Assembly: GCA_963845565.1 (NCBI GenBank)
Contig: CAWJSJ010000002.1
Location: forward strand, 2,560,001 to 2,624,000
Direction: 5' to 3'
Source of the DNA: an uncultured Methylomirabilota bacterium
GTDB taxonomy: Bacteria; Methylomirabilota; Methylomirabilia; Methylomirabilales; 2-02-FULL-66-22
DNA: 64,000 nt
Below, piece after piece: positions 52,074-62,778 of this stretch. Each line of letters opens with the position of its first letter. The first letter of the stretch is position 1. The notes under the pieces were generated by a model. It worked only from the letters and a program-made list of their open reading frames with translations, was not told where the DNA came from and made no database searches. Both the position numbers and the translations under genes were made by a program.

Positions 52074-52310
52074 CTACTTCCGTCCGGCATGGACGAGACG
52101 GGTCACATCCTCCTCGTTCCGCAGGCCGAGGACCTCGGCGCGGGCAGCCGTTTCGCGCTGGAGCTTCCGCCAGCGGCGCTCCTCGATATACATCCGCAGC
52201 GCTTCGCGGACCAGCTCGCTCTTCGTCCGGTCCTCTTCCTTCGCGGTGCGCTCCGCTTCCCGAAGCAAGTTCGGGGGCAGCGATACGGTCCAGGTCTGTG
52301 TCGTCCGCAT
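52074..52310 (-). CDS. CopG/ribbon-helix-helix antitoxin
   Basis: TVSLPPNLLREAERTAKEEDRTKSELVREALR. Confidence 0.9.
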   Translation of the reverse strand: MRTTQTWTVSLPPNLLREAERTAKEEDRTKSELVREALRMYIEERRWRKLQRETAARAEVLGLRNEEDVTRLVHAGRK

Positions 52311-52334
52311 GGCACGAACCTCCTATGGACGAAT

Positions 52335-52373
52335 CTTACTTAGTAAGGTAGCCGGATCTTCCGACGTTGTCAA
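52335..52373 (-). promoter_or_regulatory. Promoter and palindromic operator of the RHH-PIN pair
   Basis: TTGACA-17 nt-TACCTT on the minus strand, overlapped by the palindrome CTTACT-T-AGTAAG (52335-52347). Confidence 0.65.
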
Positions 52374-52844
52374 GACGCCCCCCGCGTCTTGTTCTCTGTC
52401 CGCGTTCGCCTCACCTCTCCCGCCTCACTGTCCACGTGCGTACAGTGTCACCAGGGGAATCGCGAACCGAAGGTCATGCGCAATACACGCCCCGACCCCG
52501 TTGCGATGGGCACCTTTCTTCGGATCGGGGCTAATTACCCCGAGCACTCCTACACGTTGTCAACCGGCCTCGCTCGCCTGCCCCCAATCCTGAGTCCCGG
52601 CCCGTGCCCACGGACCATCGTCCGCGGATCGGAATTGCCACCCTGCGCGGGCACTGGTAGACTCCGCCTTGAAATCGCTCGTGCGGAGGGGAAGAGGTGA
52701 GTGTGGCCGCCCCGATAGCGTGCTCGCGATTGCCCGCTGTCATCCCCGGGAGGTGTGGTCGAGGTGAAAAGGAGAGCACGGATGAGATTAGGCAGCAAGA
52801 AGCCGTCGGTGGGGGGCGCGAGCGGCGGTGTAGTGGGCAACCGT

Positions 52845-53069
52845 ATGCATGAATTCCAGGTGGTCATGGAGCAAGACGAGGCCGGGTTCTTTGTAGCGGA
52901 ATGTCCCGCTCTCAAGGCCTGCTATACGCAAGGCCGAACGTACGAAGAAGCCATCAAGAACATACGCGATGTGATCGCGCTTTGTCTCGCCGACCTGAAG
53001 GCGCGAGGGGCTGACATTCCCCGCCAGGCGGAGATCATCGGAGTGAAGCGTATCGAGGTTGCGGCGTGA
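52845..53069 (+). CDS. hicB: HicB-family antitoxin (short form)
   Basis: VVMEQDEAGFFVAECPALKACYTQGRTYEEAIKNIRDVI. Confidence 0.9.
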   Translation: MHEFQVVMEQDEAGFFVAECPALKACYTQGRTYEEAIKNIRDVIALCLADLKARGADIPRQAEIIGVKRIEVAA

Positions 53070-53200
53070 CGCCTGCGGGCGCTCCCATGGTCAAGCCCCG
53101 CGAGCTCGTGCGCGCACTGGAGCGCATGGGCTTTCGCCTGCTCCGGAAGATTCTCCGCGACGTTGAGGTGGATTGGGAGAACCTCAAAAAGTGGCTCTGA
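53066..53200 (+). pseudogene. hicA: HicA toxin with an internal in-frame deletion
   Basis: VTPAGAPMVKPRELVRALERMGFRLLRKILRDVEVDWENLKKWL*: both HicA termini are present, the central GSH region is missing. Confidence 0.75.
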
Positions 53201-53392
53201 CGGGAGCCGCTGTCCTGCCCTTCCAACGCTTTCGCACATACCGCCCATTGCCACAGCGCCTCGCGGTTTCGCGCTGATTCTCGCGTGTCGGCCCCTCGTG
53301 CCCCCGACCGCTCCTATCCGCGTCGTGATCACAGCGATCCAGAATCCGCCCCTTGCTTGCCAAGGCCACTCAACCTCCCGCCTTGCGCTCTG

Positions 53393-53720
53393 CCATCCGT
53401 CCTCCGTCCTCCGTCCTCCGTCCCTCTGATCGCTGTCGTCTGCCTGCCGGCCGCCTGCAAAGTGACCCCAGATGTCACACCCCCATGCCATCCTCTCGCC
53501 ATCGACCGGTTCTGGTCTCCTGTTCTCTTTCGCTGACCGCTGAGCGCTGAGCACTCCTTGACCTCTGGCCCTAGAAAGGAGGCTCCCCACGTCGGAACCC
53601 GCGTCGTCCTGTCGCCCAATTGCCCAGTCGCCAATCCGCCCAGTCGCCGAATCGACCAGTTGACTACCCGACCCGTTCGTCTACTGCCCACTGCCCACTG
53701 CCAGCTGCCCCCTGCCTGCT
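53393..53720. repeat. Cluster of short-period tandem arrays (CCTCCGT, CGCTGAN, 8-mer CAGTCGCC-like, CTGCCCA)
   Basis: Four separate runs at about 53393-53424, 53531-53553, 53611-53665 and 53683-53718. Confidence 0.7.
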
Positions 53721-53948
53721 GGTCATCCGTACTGCAAGAGGTTGCGGCAGCCACCGATTCCAAGATCCAGACCGCCCGCCGGCGACTCAAGGAGATGCTC
53801 CACGATCTCCAGGATCGGGGGTTCGACAAGATATGATGTTGAGAGGCAGGTGGTCGATGCTAGCCGGGAGTGGAACACCAGAACGCGGAAATCGCTCGGC
53901 ACATGGAAACGAAGCAGGGGTGGTCCCGGAATCGCGACCGCGCGATGG

Positions 53949-54054
53949 TTAGGAGCCGTTACGAAAAAACCTATACATCTCTTTCTATTTCGTTACGGCT
54001 CCTTATGCCGTTTCGGAATGTCTCCGCTCAACTTATTTTGTGACAACGGCTTAG
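53949..54054 (+). repeat. Repeat family A, full copy (106 bp)
   Basis: About 4 differences from the copy at 2468-2573. Confidence 0.95.
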
Positions 54055-54338
54055 GCAGTGGTCGTGGAGACGGATGAGGGAATGCTGCTCGGGGCGGCCG
54101 GCGGCGGTCCGCCCCAAATCAAGACATCCGGGCAGAGATCGGCACCATTTTCCCAGACCACCGTTCCACCCTCGGCGCGCACGTCGCGGAATTTCTGGGG
54201 TGACTGGAGGAGTTCGTCAAAGATCGGCCCACGCAGGAGGGGGCGGACGTCCCGCTCGACAACCGTATCATTGGTCAGGTGAAGGCGGAGGCGGAAGCCA
54301 TCGAGCGGTTCAACGGCGCGGATGCGGACCATGCTCAT
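54051..54338 (-). CDS. DUF2442 domain protein (putative TA component)
   Basis: IRAVEPLDGFRLRLHL...GPIFDELL...GTVVWENGADLCPDVL. Confidence 0.88.
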   Translation of the reverse strand: MSMVRIRAVEPLDGFRLRLHLTNDTVVERDVRPLLRGPIFDELLQSPQKFRDVRAEGGTVVWENGADLCPDVLIWGGPPPAAPSSIPSSVSTTTA

Positions 54339-54350
54339 GCACGTCCCTCG

Positions 54351-54611
54351 CTATTCCAAGGGCGAAATCGGTTGCGGCGAGCGACCCCCCTGGGCCATCT
54401 GCCAGGCACCCCGAAGCTCATCGCGATGGAGCACAGCCCATTCCAGCACGAGTGCCAGGGCCCGACGTGGGAACTCGCCACGGTAGATCTCCAGAGATTC
54501 GATGAGAATCAACGCCTCCGCTCCCGAGTACTCCGCATGAAAGTGCGGCGGTTGATGATCATTATAGAACATCTTGATCACGATGCCAAAGAACCTGCAG
54601 ATCTCCGGCAT
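54351..54611 (-). CDS. DUF4160 domain protein (putative TA component)
   Basis: MPEICRFFGIVIKMFYNDHQPPHFHAEY...LVLEWA.LHRDEL...ISPLE. Confidence 0.9.
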   Translation of the reverse strand: MPEICRFFGIVIKMFYNDHQPPHFHAEYSGAEALILIESLEIYRGEFPRRALALVLEWAVLHRDELRGAWQMAQGGRSPQPISPLE

Positions 54612-55335
54612 GCAACCCCCCCAGGAACCTCCGCGCTTCTTGTGGAATCGCAGAATGTAAAGACGATTGAGCCTCACCATAGCATGTGACTGGGGAGTAC
54701 GGCAATCCGGACCTTCAGAGGTTACCCTGTTCATCTGTTCTTGACGGGGACGTTTCGACGCCACGTTGATCGCTGATCGCTAACACTTGGTAACGGCGAC
54801 GCCTCGGGCCCCGTATGGTTCCAACGCGGTCCACGGAAGTAGCCGGGTACTTCCTCACGGCACCATGGGCACGGTGGCTTTGCGACTCGCGTACCGAAAC
54901 CCGATCCACAGGCAGGTGGCCGTTGGTCCCCCGCGAGAGGCGGCGCCTTCCGCTCTTACCGCCGAACGGACGTGATCGTGATCGAGTAGGGGAGGCACAC
55001 CGCCGGGGAGAAGCGGAGAAGCTTTCGAAGCAACAGGAGAAATAAGCAGAATGCAATGCACCAAAAACGTCGCCGACACTTCAGAGTCACCGGAACACCT
55101 CCAGTACGGCCCCGGGCTCTACGGGCATGAACAGCGTTCCGTGGGCCCACAGGCGGCTCCCGGCTGGCTGGCGAAAGTAAGCGGAGCGAACAGTAGGAGG
55201 ACGATGGAGTGGGATGGGAGGAGAGGGGCGTCGCGGATGGGTGCGATGAGCGCCGCGAACCGGCGGCGGGGTGGCCAAGGAGTGGTCGAGGACCCGCGGG
55301 CGGTGGACGGCGCGAGGCGGGCCGGGCGGGTCGCG

Positions 55336-55485
55336 ATGCCACGCCTGCCGCGGCGCCACGTCCCCGGGGGCACGGTCCACGTGGTCGGCCGGTGCCATAA
55401 CCGCGACTGCTGCGTCACGACGCCGGCCGATTGCCTCCTGCTGATCGCGCCGCGCGCCGCCGGAACCGATCGCGTATACCGGTAG
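55336..55485 (+). pseudogene. N-terminal remnant of a REP-associated tyrosine (Y1/HUH) transposase
   Basis: MPRLPRRHVPGGTVHVVGRCHNR...TPAD matches the MPRxxRxxxPGxxxHVxxRxNNR start of RAYT-like proteins; ends before the HUH motif. Confidence 0.65.
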
Positions 55486-55541
55486 AACACAACGTCGAAC
55501 GCAGTGCGTTTGGGACCGCCAACCGTGCGTGCCGGCCGCCG

Positions 55542-55790
55542 TCAGTCCCGCGGCGCCCGGTCTCGGGGGCGCGCCACCACGTACTCTCGAAGTTGGGGAT
55601 CCTCCGCCGGGGTGGGCAGGTGGCGCCGGTCTCCGTTCCGCCGGTCCGGCGCCAGCCGGTGGTCGCGCCGTCGGCGCTGCCCATACCGGCGGTCGCGGAC
55701 CAGTTGCACCGTGGCGCACGACCTGACCGTGCGGACCAACGCCTGCCACACGTCCTCTCGGTCTCGGGCCACAATGATCAGGGCGCGCAC
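55542..55790 (-). CDS. Small hypothetical protein with repeated DRR/QRR motifs
   Basis: LIIVARDREDVWQAL...VQLVRDRRYGQRRR...PDRRNGDRR. Confidence 0.5.
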   Translation of the reverse strand: MRALIIVARDREDVWQALVRTVRSCATVQLVRDRRYGQRRRRDHRLAPDRRNGDRRHLPTPAEDPQLREYVVARPRDRAPRD

Positions 55791-56950
55791 CGTATGCGGT
55801 GTGGCATGGACGGGGTCTGAGTTGCGCCGAGTTGCCAATCCCAATTCCCAAATCCCGCGCAAGGTGGCGGTGATGGTAATGCCATGGCAACGTCTGTGGC
55901 GAGGGATAACGGGAGACGCGTGGAGGGACGGCGCGCCATTTTCTTTGACCGCGGCGGAAGCCCAAGGTTGCCGGAGTTGCTTGCGACGTGCGACGCGCTG
56001 GCGTGGGCCTCGCCGACCGCCTCGCGTGGCGTTGCCCCCTGGACCGATAATCATAACGTAGGTCCGGGAACATCGCCTGTCAAGGAGTAAATGACTCTCC
56101 TTTCAATCCGTGGGTGGGAGAGTCGGGGATCAGCACCCGCGCGTGGACGGCCAATCTCAGAACGCCTTTCAACGGAAACTCCAATTAGGACGTTAGGTTG
56201 TGACTAATGAGGATAAAATCGGCCTCATTTTTATCTTGCATTCCTCCCCTGGACGGGGTAGGTTGGCCGTGCCCCGGAACAGGGGCGAAACCGTCGCATG
56301 GGTGAGGATCCCGGCCGGAGGCCGGCGGCCTTACCAGGAGGGGGCGTATGAGACGACGGAGGCCAACCGCGACCGGGAAATGGAGCCCGAACAATACCGG
56401 TTCCGCGGCGGAGCGGGGGCCGCCCTCAGCCCGACACCTCACGGCGCTCGGCGGCAGGGTGCAAACATCTCGCACTCGCCGCGGGCGTTGTCTGGCAACC
56501 CCGGCCTGATCCTTCCTAGCGTCGGCCGGGCGGTAATCTCATGGGCGTGTCGGCCCAGCACTCCGACCCACCCACGATAACCGGTTTGACGGGCGGGGCC
56601 ACCATTCGCGGCCTCGCCCGATTTCTTTTGCGGGAGGCGATGGCCCGTGGAAGGTCGAGATCAGGGGGTAATCCGATGAGGCTGAGGGGGCGAGGCCACT
56701 CGGAAAAAGGGTACCTACCGGACAGCGTTTAAGGTCTAACCGGTTGATTGCGCAAAGGGGCGGGTGTTATTCCTTGGCGGCCCCGCCGGGTGGCGCAGGG
56801 CGTCATGGCGCGCTGGACGGTCCAGCACACTGCAGGTAGGGGAGGGGAGTGACATGGTTCGCGGCGGGCGCTGCGGTTCGCGCGGTTCTCCGAGGCGCGA
56901 GCGGGCCGCGTAGGGCAATCGGCGCCACGCGTGCAGGCGACCCGTCCGGC

Positions 56951-59243
56951 CTACTTCCCGAACAGACCCTTGATGACCTGATCGAGTCCGCCCCCTTTCT
57001 TGGGGGCCTCCGGCACTGCCGCCGGGGGCGGCCCCGCCCCGTGCCGGCGCCGGCGCCTTCCCGAGGGCGGTCGCGCAGGGAGTGGGATCCGCCGTGGAGC
57101 CGCCGGTCAAGCTCTGCGCCAGCGCCGAGAGCTTCCCCCCGGCGAGGCCGGCGCCGACGGAGAGCGCCGTCTTGGCGGCCTGCGCCTCGTCGATCCCGAC
57201 CGTCGGCTCGGCCAGGGTGCCCCGCACCCGCATCAGCTTCGCCAGCTCACCCGCCCCGATGCCGGCACTGTCCCGGGGGTTCGGGCGCAGCGAGAAGTCG
57301 ATGGTCTCGGTCTTGAGATTTGCCGTGCCGCTGCTGACCACCGTCATCTTGGACGTCTCGAAGGCGATGCCTCGGTCCGTCGTCGCCATCCCGTCCTTGA
57401 CCGCGAACTTGATCACCCCACACTTGAGGTCCGTTTGCGGGTCCGTCTTGCGGAACGGGTTGACCTTCTCCACCACCTGCTTGAGCAGGTCCGCCCCGAG
57501 GAAATCGACGAACTTGTTGTTGATCTTTCCCTCGCCCAGGACCAGCACGAGATCGCCGTTCAGCCCGGCCATCACCTCCCGCACCGACCCGCCGCCGCCC
57601 CGCACGTCGATCGCCAGGTCGGTCTTGGCCCCGCTGACCAGATCGGGATTCCCCGTCTGCTGCATCACCTGGCCGAGATCGACCCCCTTCGCATCGAGCT
57701 TGGTCGCCAGAGCGGCCGTCTTTCCCGAGGAGGCATCCAGCGCCAGGCGGCCGCCGATGGCGCCGCTCCCGACCCGGCCGCTGAACGGCTGGATGTCGAG
57801 TCGCCCGCCGGCAAGCACGAGGCGGACCACCAGGGCCTCGATGGGCATCTTGTTCGGCAGGACCAGCCGGTCGATCTTCACGTCGAGATCGGCATCCGCG
57901 GCCTTGAGGGACTCCAGGGGCAAGGGATCGGCGGTGAACATCCGCCGGTCCTTGGACGGCCCGGCGGGCGTCGGCGCCGCCGCGGGTTTGGCCTGCGCCC
58001 GACCATCCGCCGGAAACAGCTCGGAGAGGTCCAGGAGCGGAGAGGCGAGCTGTGCCCGCACCTTCGGCCGCGGGGCGCCGACCGAGATGGCCCCGCTTCC
58101 AGCCAGCGTGCTCTTGCCGACGCTGGCCTTCAACTCCTCGAACGCGTACGCGCCCTGGGCATCCTTCACGCGCGTCGTCACGCTGAGCGGCGGCAGCGCA
58201 GGCGTCTCGACGCCGAAGGCCTTGGCCGCCGACTTGAGGTCCTTGGATTCGACCGTCACGGCGACGCTGATCCCCTTCGCGTTCAGGGCGTCCTTCACCG
58301 CACCGGTGGCCTTGATGAGGAGCTGCTCCGCCTTGCCCACGCTGGCATCGATCCCGGACACGGACAGGGCCTTGGGCGACCCGCTGACCAGCGCTGCCAG
58401 CGCAAACGGTCCGATGGGCGGCACCTGCTGCCCCGCGAATTTGGCCACCTCGGCAAGCTCAGCCCCCTTGGCCGCCACCTTCAGGTTCAGCCCCTCGGCC
58501 TCCATGGGCTTGGCGACGCTGCCGTCCACCTCCACGGTGGCCCCGCCGGCCTTGAGGGTGAGCTTCAGCGGATACGGCCTGGACGGCGTCTGTAGCTCGG
58601 CCAGAGCCCCCGCGGTGCCGGACAGCGTGAACGCCTTCCCGTTATAGGCAGCCGCCAGGTCGAACGTGACCGGGCTGGTGAGTTCCTTGGCCTCGACATC
58701 CAGACGGTCCAGGGCCAGGGTGGTCGTCTGCTTGGTCTTGCCGTCGCGATAGGCGAGCGTGCCCTTCTCGATGCGCACCTTCTGCACTGCCACGGGGGGG
58801 AGGGCGGTCTTCTCTCCCGTTGGCTGTTTTGGCGATGGCGCGGCAGCGGGCGCTCCGAACACCCAGTTTCCCGTCCCCTTGGCATCCGTCTCCAGCAGGA
58901 TGTCGGGTTGGACCAGAATCAGACGCGTGATCTGGATCTGTCGGAAGATCAGGGGAAGCAAGGCCACCTCCACCTCGAACTGGCCGAGCTTGAGCATCTC
59001 GGGCCGGGATCCCCACGGGGCGTTCGCCAAGGAGACGTCCTTGACGACCACCGCCGGGGAGAGGCCGATCTGGAGATCCAGGTTTCCCCGGATCGTGAGC
59101 TCCCGCCCCGTCGCGGCCTTGGCCTGCTCCGCGATGAGCGGCTTGTACTTATTGACATCGATCGATTTGACGACCACCACGGCGGCAACGACCAGGATGA
59201 CGATCAGGCCGACGACGCCCAGCAGCACGGTCTTGAGACGCAT
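56951..59243 (-). CDS. AsmA family protein; +1 frameshift near 57030-57050
   Basis: N-terminal TM then DVNKYKPLIAEQAKAATGRELTIRG, LANAPWG, GNW; the shifted frame gives a typical end GLDQVIKGLFGK* at 56951; span = 3n+1. Confidence 0.88.
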
Positions 59244-59554
59244 GACGCACCCTCCTTCACCTTCACCTCATCGGCCCGGCACGGGGTCATCGGCGCGGCT
59301 GTTTGCGGCCCGCGCACCAGAGACCTCGCCGCTCCTCCGGATTACCACGGCGCGCACCGGGCCGACTCCGGCATCGGTGGAGACGCTCCGGGATTTCAGT
59401 TTTACAGGTACTCCACGTGTGCGCACTGGTCAAGCGGAAAGGGGGAGGGAGCTCGGTGCGTGCGGATGCTCGGGGACTCGCCGGTGGACGGCTGGCCCCG
59501 CGGGAGCCAGCCGGCAGGAGGCAGCAAGGGGCGAGCAGGCGACGGAGCGCCCGG

Positions 59555-60313
59555 TCAGCCCCGGCCCACGAAAGGCATCTTGGTCGCCATGACGGTCAGG
59601 GAGAGAATGTTGGTGTCCAGCGGCAGGCTGGCCATGTGGACCACGGCGTTGGCGACGTGCTCCGCCTCGATCATCGGCTCCGGCGCGGTGGTTCCATTCG
59701 CCTGCAGGACGCCCTTGGCGAGCCTGGCAGACAAGGGGGTCATGGCGTTGCCGATGTCGACCTGGCCGCAGGCGATGTCGTATTTTCGCCCATCCAGGGC
59801 GATCGACTTGGTGAGGCCCGTGATGGCGTGCTTGGTGGCGGTGTAGGGCGCCGAATTGGGGCGCGGCACGTGCGCGGAGACGGAGCCGTTGTTGATGATG
59901 CGCCCGCCGCGCGGGTCCTGATCTTTCATGATCCTGAAGGCCTCCCGGGCGCACAAGAAGGCGCCGGTGAGGTTGGTGTCCACCACGGTCTTCCACTGCT
60001 CGACGGTGAGTTCCTCGAATAGCAGGCCGGGCACGTTGGTGCCGGCGTTGTTGAAGAGCACGTCGAGGCGGCCGAAGGCGTCCTTGGTGCGTGCGAAGAG
60101 CGCCCGGACCGACTCCGGATCGCTCACGTCGGTGGGAACCGCCAGGGCCCGGCTGGCCGCCGGCCCCGCCTCCGCCACGACCTGCGCGAGCGGCTCCTGA
60201 CGGCGACCGGCGAGCACGACCCGATACCCGTCCCGGAGCAGCGCGAGTGCCGTCGCCCGGCCGACGCCGGTCCCCGCGCCCGTGACGATGGCGACCTTGG
60301 TATGCTGGCTCAT
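59555..60313 (-). CDS. Short-chain dehydrogenase/reductase
   Basis: [42 protein letters not shown]. Confidence 0.93.
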   Translation of the reverse strand: MSQHTKVAIVTGAGTGVGRATALALLRDGYRVVLAGRRQEPLAQVVAEAGPAASRALAVPTDVSDPESVRALFARTKDAFGRLDVLFNNAGTNVPGLLFEELTVEQWKTVVDTNLTGAFLCAREAFRIMKDQDPRGGRIINNGSVSAHVPRPNSAPYTATKHAITGLTKSIALDGRKYDIACGQVDIGNAMTPLSARLAKGVLQANGTTAPEPMIEAEHVANAVVHMASLPLDTNILSLTVMATKMPFVGRG

Positions 60314-60519
60314 TCTCTGGCCTCCTCCGGTGTCTGGCGGTTCTTGGTTTGACGCGGGCGGCCGGCTCATCCGCCGTGTGTGCTTGGCCGCGCCCCGCGG
60401 TGTCCGGCGTACGCCCGGTCACGGGTCGGGTCAGGGTACTGGCGCGCCTGTGGCCAGTCAAGGGGAAAGGCAGGGAAGCGGTTGTTTTCGGGCCGAAATC
60501 TGGTATGCAGAGATCGGTC

Positions 60520-61048
60520 TTCACGCCTTGATTGCGTGGGCCATGAATGGATTCGTCGATAGCGCCGCATTTCTGGACTCGCTTAAGGCGACCAATCTGA
60601 GCCTGGCGGGGAACCCCTGCCACGAGGAGGAGCTGGAAATCGCCAAGAAGGTAGGCTCGATTTCATCATCAATACGGTCCTGAACCGGCGCCTGGAGATC
60701 GTGGACGTCTTCTCGGGCCACTTGGTCCAGGCCGACCAGCAGGCGGTCGAGCTGCTCCGCCGCATCGTGGCCATCCCCGTGGACCGGGAATTCGACGTCG
60801 TCCTCACGCACGGCGGGTACGTCGGGTTCAACCACTACCAAGTCGCCAAGGTGGCCGTGAACGCCCTCCCGGTCGTCAAGGAGCACGGAATCATCGTCCT
60901 CGCCGCCTGCGAGCGGGACGAGGACCCGATTGGGCCGCCCGAATACAAGACACGGCTCCACCTGCTCAAACTGCAGGGGCCTGATCGATACCTGGAAACC
61001 CTCCGCAGCCCGACGTGGCGCTTCACGAAGGATCAGTGGGAGCCACGG
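60520..61048 (+). pseudogene. Internal fragment of a LarA (lactate racemase)-family gene, frameshifted near 60657
   Basis: LAGNPCHEE..E.AKKVG / DFIINTVLN...NHYQVAK...GIIVLAA...DQWE; both termini missing. Confidence 0.65.
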
Positions 61049-61055
61049 ATGATTC

Positions 61056-62372
61056 CTACAGCAGGTCCGCCGCCATCTCGGCCAGCTCCGACCGCTCGCC
61101 CTTGACCAGTTCGACGTGCGCCGCGATCGCCCGGTCCTTGAACTTCGAGATGATGTGGGTGAAACCGCTGGAGGCGAAGTCGAGGTACGGGGTGTCGATC
61201 TGGCTGAGATCCCCGGTGAAGACGATCTTGGCCCCTGGCCCGACCCGGGTCAGGATGGTCTTCGCTTCGAGCGGGGTCAGATTCTGCGCTTCGTCGATGA
61301 CGATGAACTGGCCCGCCAGGCTCCGCCCGCGGATGTAGCTCAGCGCCTCCACCTCGATCATCCCGCCCCGCATCAGATCGGCCGGCCGCTGGCCGCCGTT
61401 GCCGCCCAGATCGCCGAGCATGTCCAGGGCATCGTGGATCGGCTGCATCCACGGGTCGAGCTTTTCGTTGAGCGTGCCGGGAAGAAACCCCAGTTCCTTG
61501 CCGACCGGGATGGTCGGGCGGGCGATCACGAGCCGGCGAAAGTCCCGGCTGCGCGCCACCTGGTGCAGCCCGGCGGCAACGGCCAGGAGCGTCTTCCCCG
61601 TCCCCGCCTTGCCGGAAAGCGTGACCAGCCGGATATGCTCGGCCAAGAGGGCGTCCAGCGCGTAGCGCTGCTCGCGGTTCTGCGGGCGGATGCCCCAGAT
61701 GGGATCGGGATCGCGCAACGGGATGAGATGGTCGGAGGTGGCATCGACCCGGGCGAGAAGGCTTTGTTTCGGATTCGCGGTGCTGGTAACCGTGCAATAC
61801 TCGTTCGGTTGGCGGGGGCCGTCGCCGTTGAGGGGGAGGCTGCGGGTGGCCCGGAACGCGGCAAACGTATCCGGGGACACCGTCAACTCGAAGGTCCCGG
61901 GATAGAGATCGCCCGGCCGGACGTGATCCGTCTCGTAATCTTCCGCGCACAGTCCCACGGCGTCGGCCTTGATCCGGAGATTGATGTCCTTGGTCACGAG
62001 CACGGTGGGGGTTGTCGGATTGTTCGCCTGCATCTCCCGGGTCAGATCCACCAGACGCGTATCGACGCTGTTGTCGCCCCCGATCCGCGGCAGGCCGCCC
62101 TCGCGGGACGGCAGGAGGACCTGGAGGCGGCCACCGTTGGGCAGCGGCACCCCCTCGCTGAGCCGCCCCTGGCTCCGGAAGCCGTCGAGCAGCCGGGAAA
62201 CCGCCCGAGCGTGGGCGCCGCGATCGCTGGATTCCCGCTTGAACTTATCGATCTCCTCCAGGACCTCGATCGGGATGATGACCGTATTATCCTGGAAGTC
62301 GAGCAGGGAGTAGGGATTGTGCACGAGCACGTTGGTGTCCAGGATGTAATACTTGGACCGATTCGGCGTCAT
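61056..62372 (-). CDS. PIN-PhoH fusion (PhoH2/YlaK-type)
   Basis: YILDTNVLVH, TKDINLRIKA, GKAGTGKT, GFLPG, YIRGRS, IDEAQN, GERSELA. Confidence 0.95.
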   Translation of the reverse strand: MTPNRSKYYILDTNVLVHNPYSLLDFQDNTVIIPIEVLEEIDKFKRESSDRGAHARAVSRLLDGFRSQGRLSEGVPLPNGGRLQVLLPSREGGLPRIGGDNSVDTRLVDLTREMQANNPTTPTVLVTKDINLRIKADAVGLCAEDYETDHVRPGDLYPGTFELTVSPDTFAAFRATRSLPLNGDGPRQPNEYCTVTSTANPKQSLLARVDATSDHLIPLRDPDPIWGIRPQNREQRYALDALLAEHIRLVTLSGKAGTGKTLLAVAAGLHQVARSRDFRRLVIARPTIPVGKELGFLPGTLNEKLDPWMQPIHDALDMLGDLGGNGGQRPADLMRGGMIEVEALSYIRGRSLAGQFIVIDEAQNLTPLEAKTILTRVGPGAKIVFTGDLSQIDTPYLDFASSGFTHIISKFKDRAIAAHVELVKGERSELAEMAADLL

Positions 62373-62778
62373 CTGGATCCTCCGTATCGGGCAAGCCAGG
62401 ACCGAGTGCGCGTCTGGCGGAGCCGACTGCCGCCGAGTGTGCGGCACAGGGAATGGAGACGCGAAAGCACCAGGCGGAAGGGGAGGGGCGCGGGTCTACC
62501 GGGAAGACGGGTCGGGCGAAGGATGGTGCGTTGTATCAAGGCCGATCGCATGCCTCCCTGCGACATAAGAATCATCACTGGAGCCGCACGTTACAGTACA
62601 ATCCGAGCCGCGTCAACATGATGAGAGGGAAAAATTATATCGGGAAACGACGCGCCGGTTACCTGTGCCAGAACTCGGGGCGTACTATCCGTCCGTCAGG
62701 GACTGCCCCGGTGGGGGGATGCAAGTGTTGCTGCAGCCCGGCCCACCCGCCTGCCAGCCAAAGACAACGACCAGGCCG

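Noticed and set aside
53731..53836. Protein-like tail EVAAATDSKIQTARRRLKEMLHDLQDRGFDKI*
   Set aside because: Possibly a gene remnant, but too short to assign and without a credible start.
54830..54910. Minus-strand GTCGCAAAGCCAC resembling part of a c-di-GMP-I riboswitch
   Set aside because: The upstream GGCAAA element and GNRA-capped stem could not be found; needs a cmsearch hit to RF01051.
56270..56340. ACAGGGGCGAAACC...GGCCTTACC followed by GGAGG and ATG, a possible riboswitch plus small ORF
   Set aside because: No consistent riboswitch fold and the downstream ORF has no recognisable features.
56596..56604. GGGCCACCA matching the tRNA-Glu 3' end as a possible attR
   Set aside because: Only 9 bp in GC-rich DNA and no integrase; compatible with chance.
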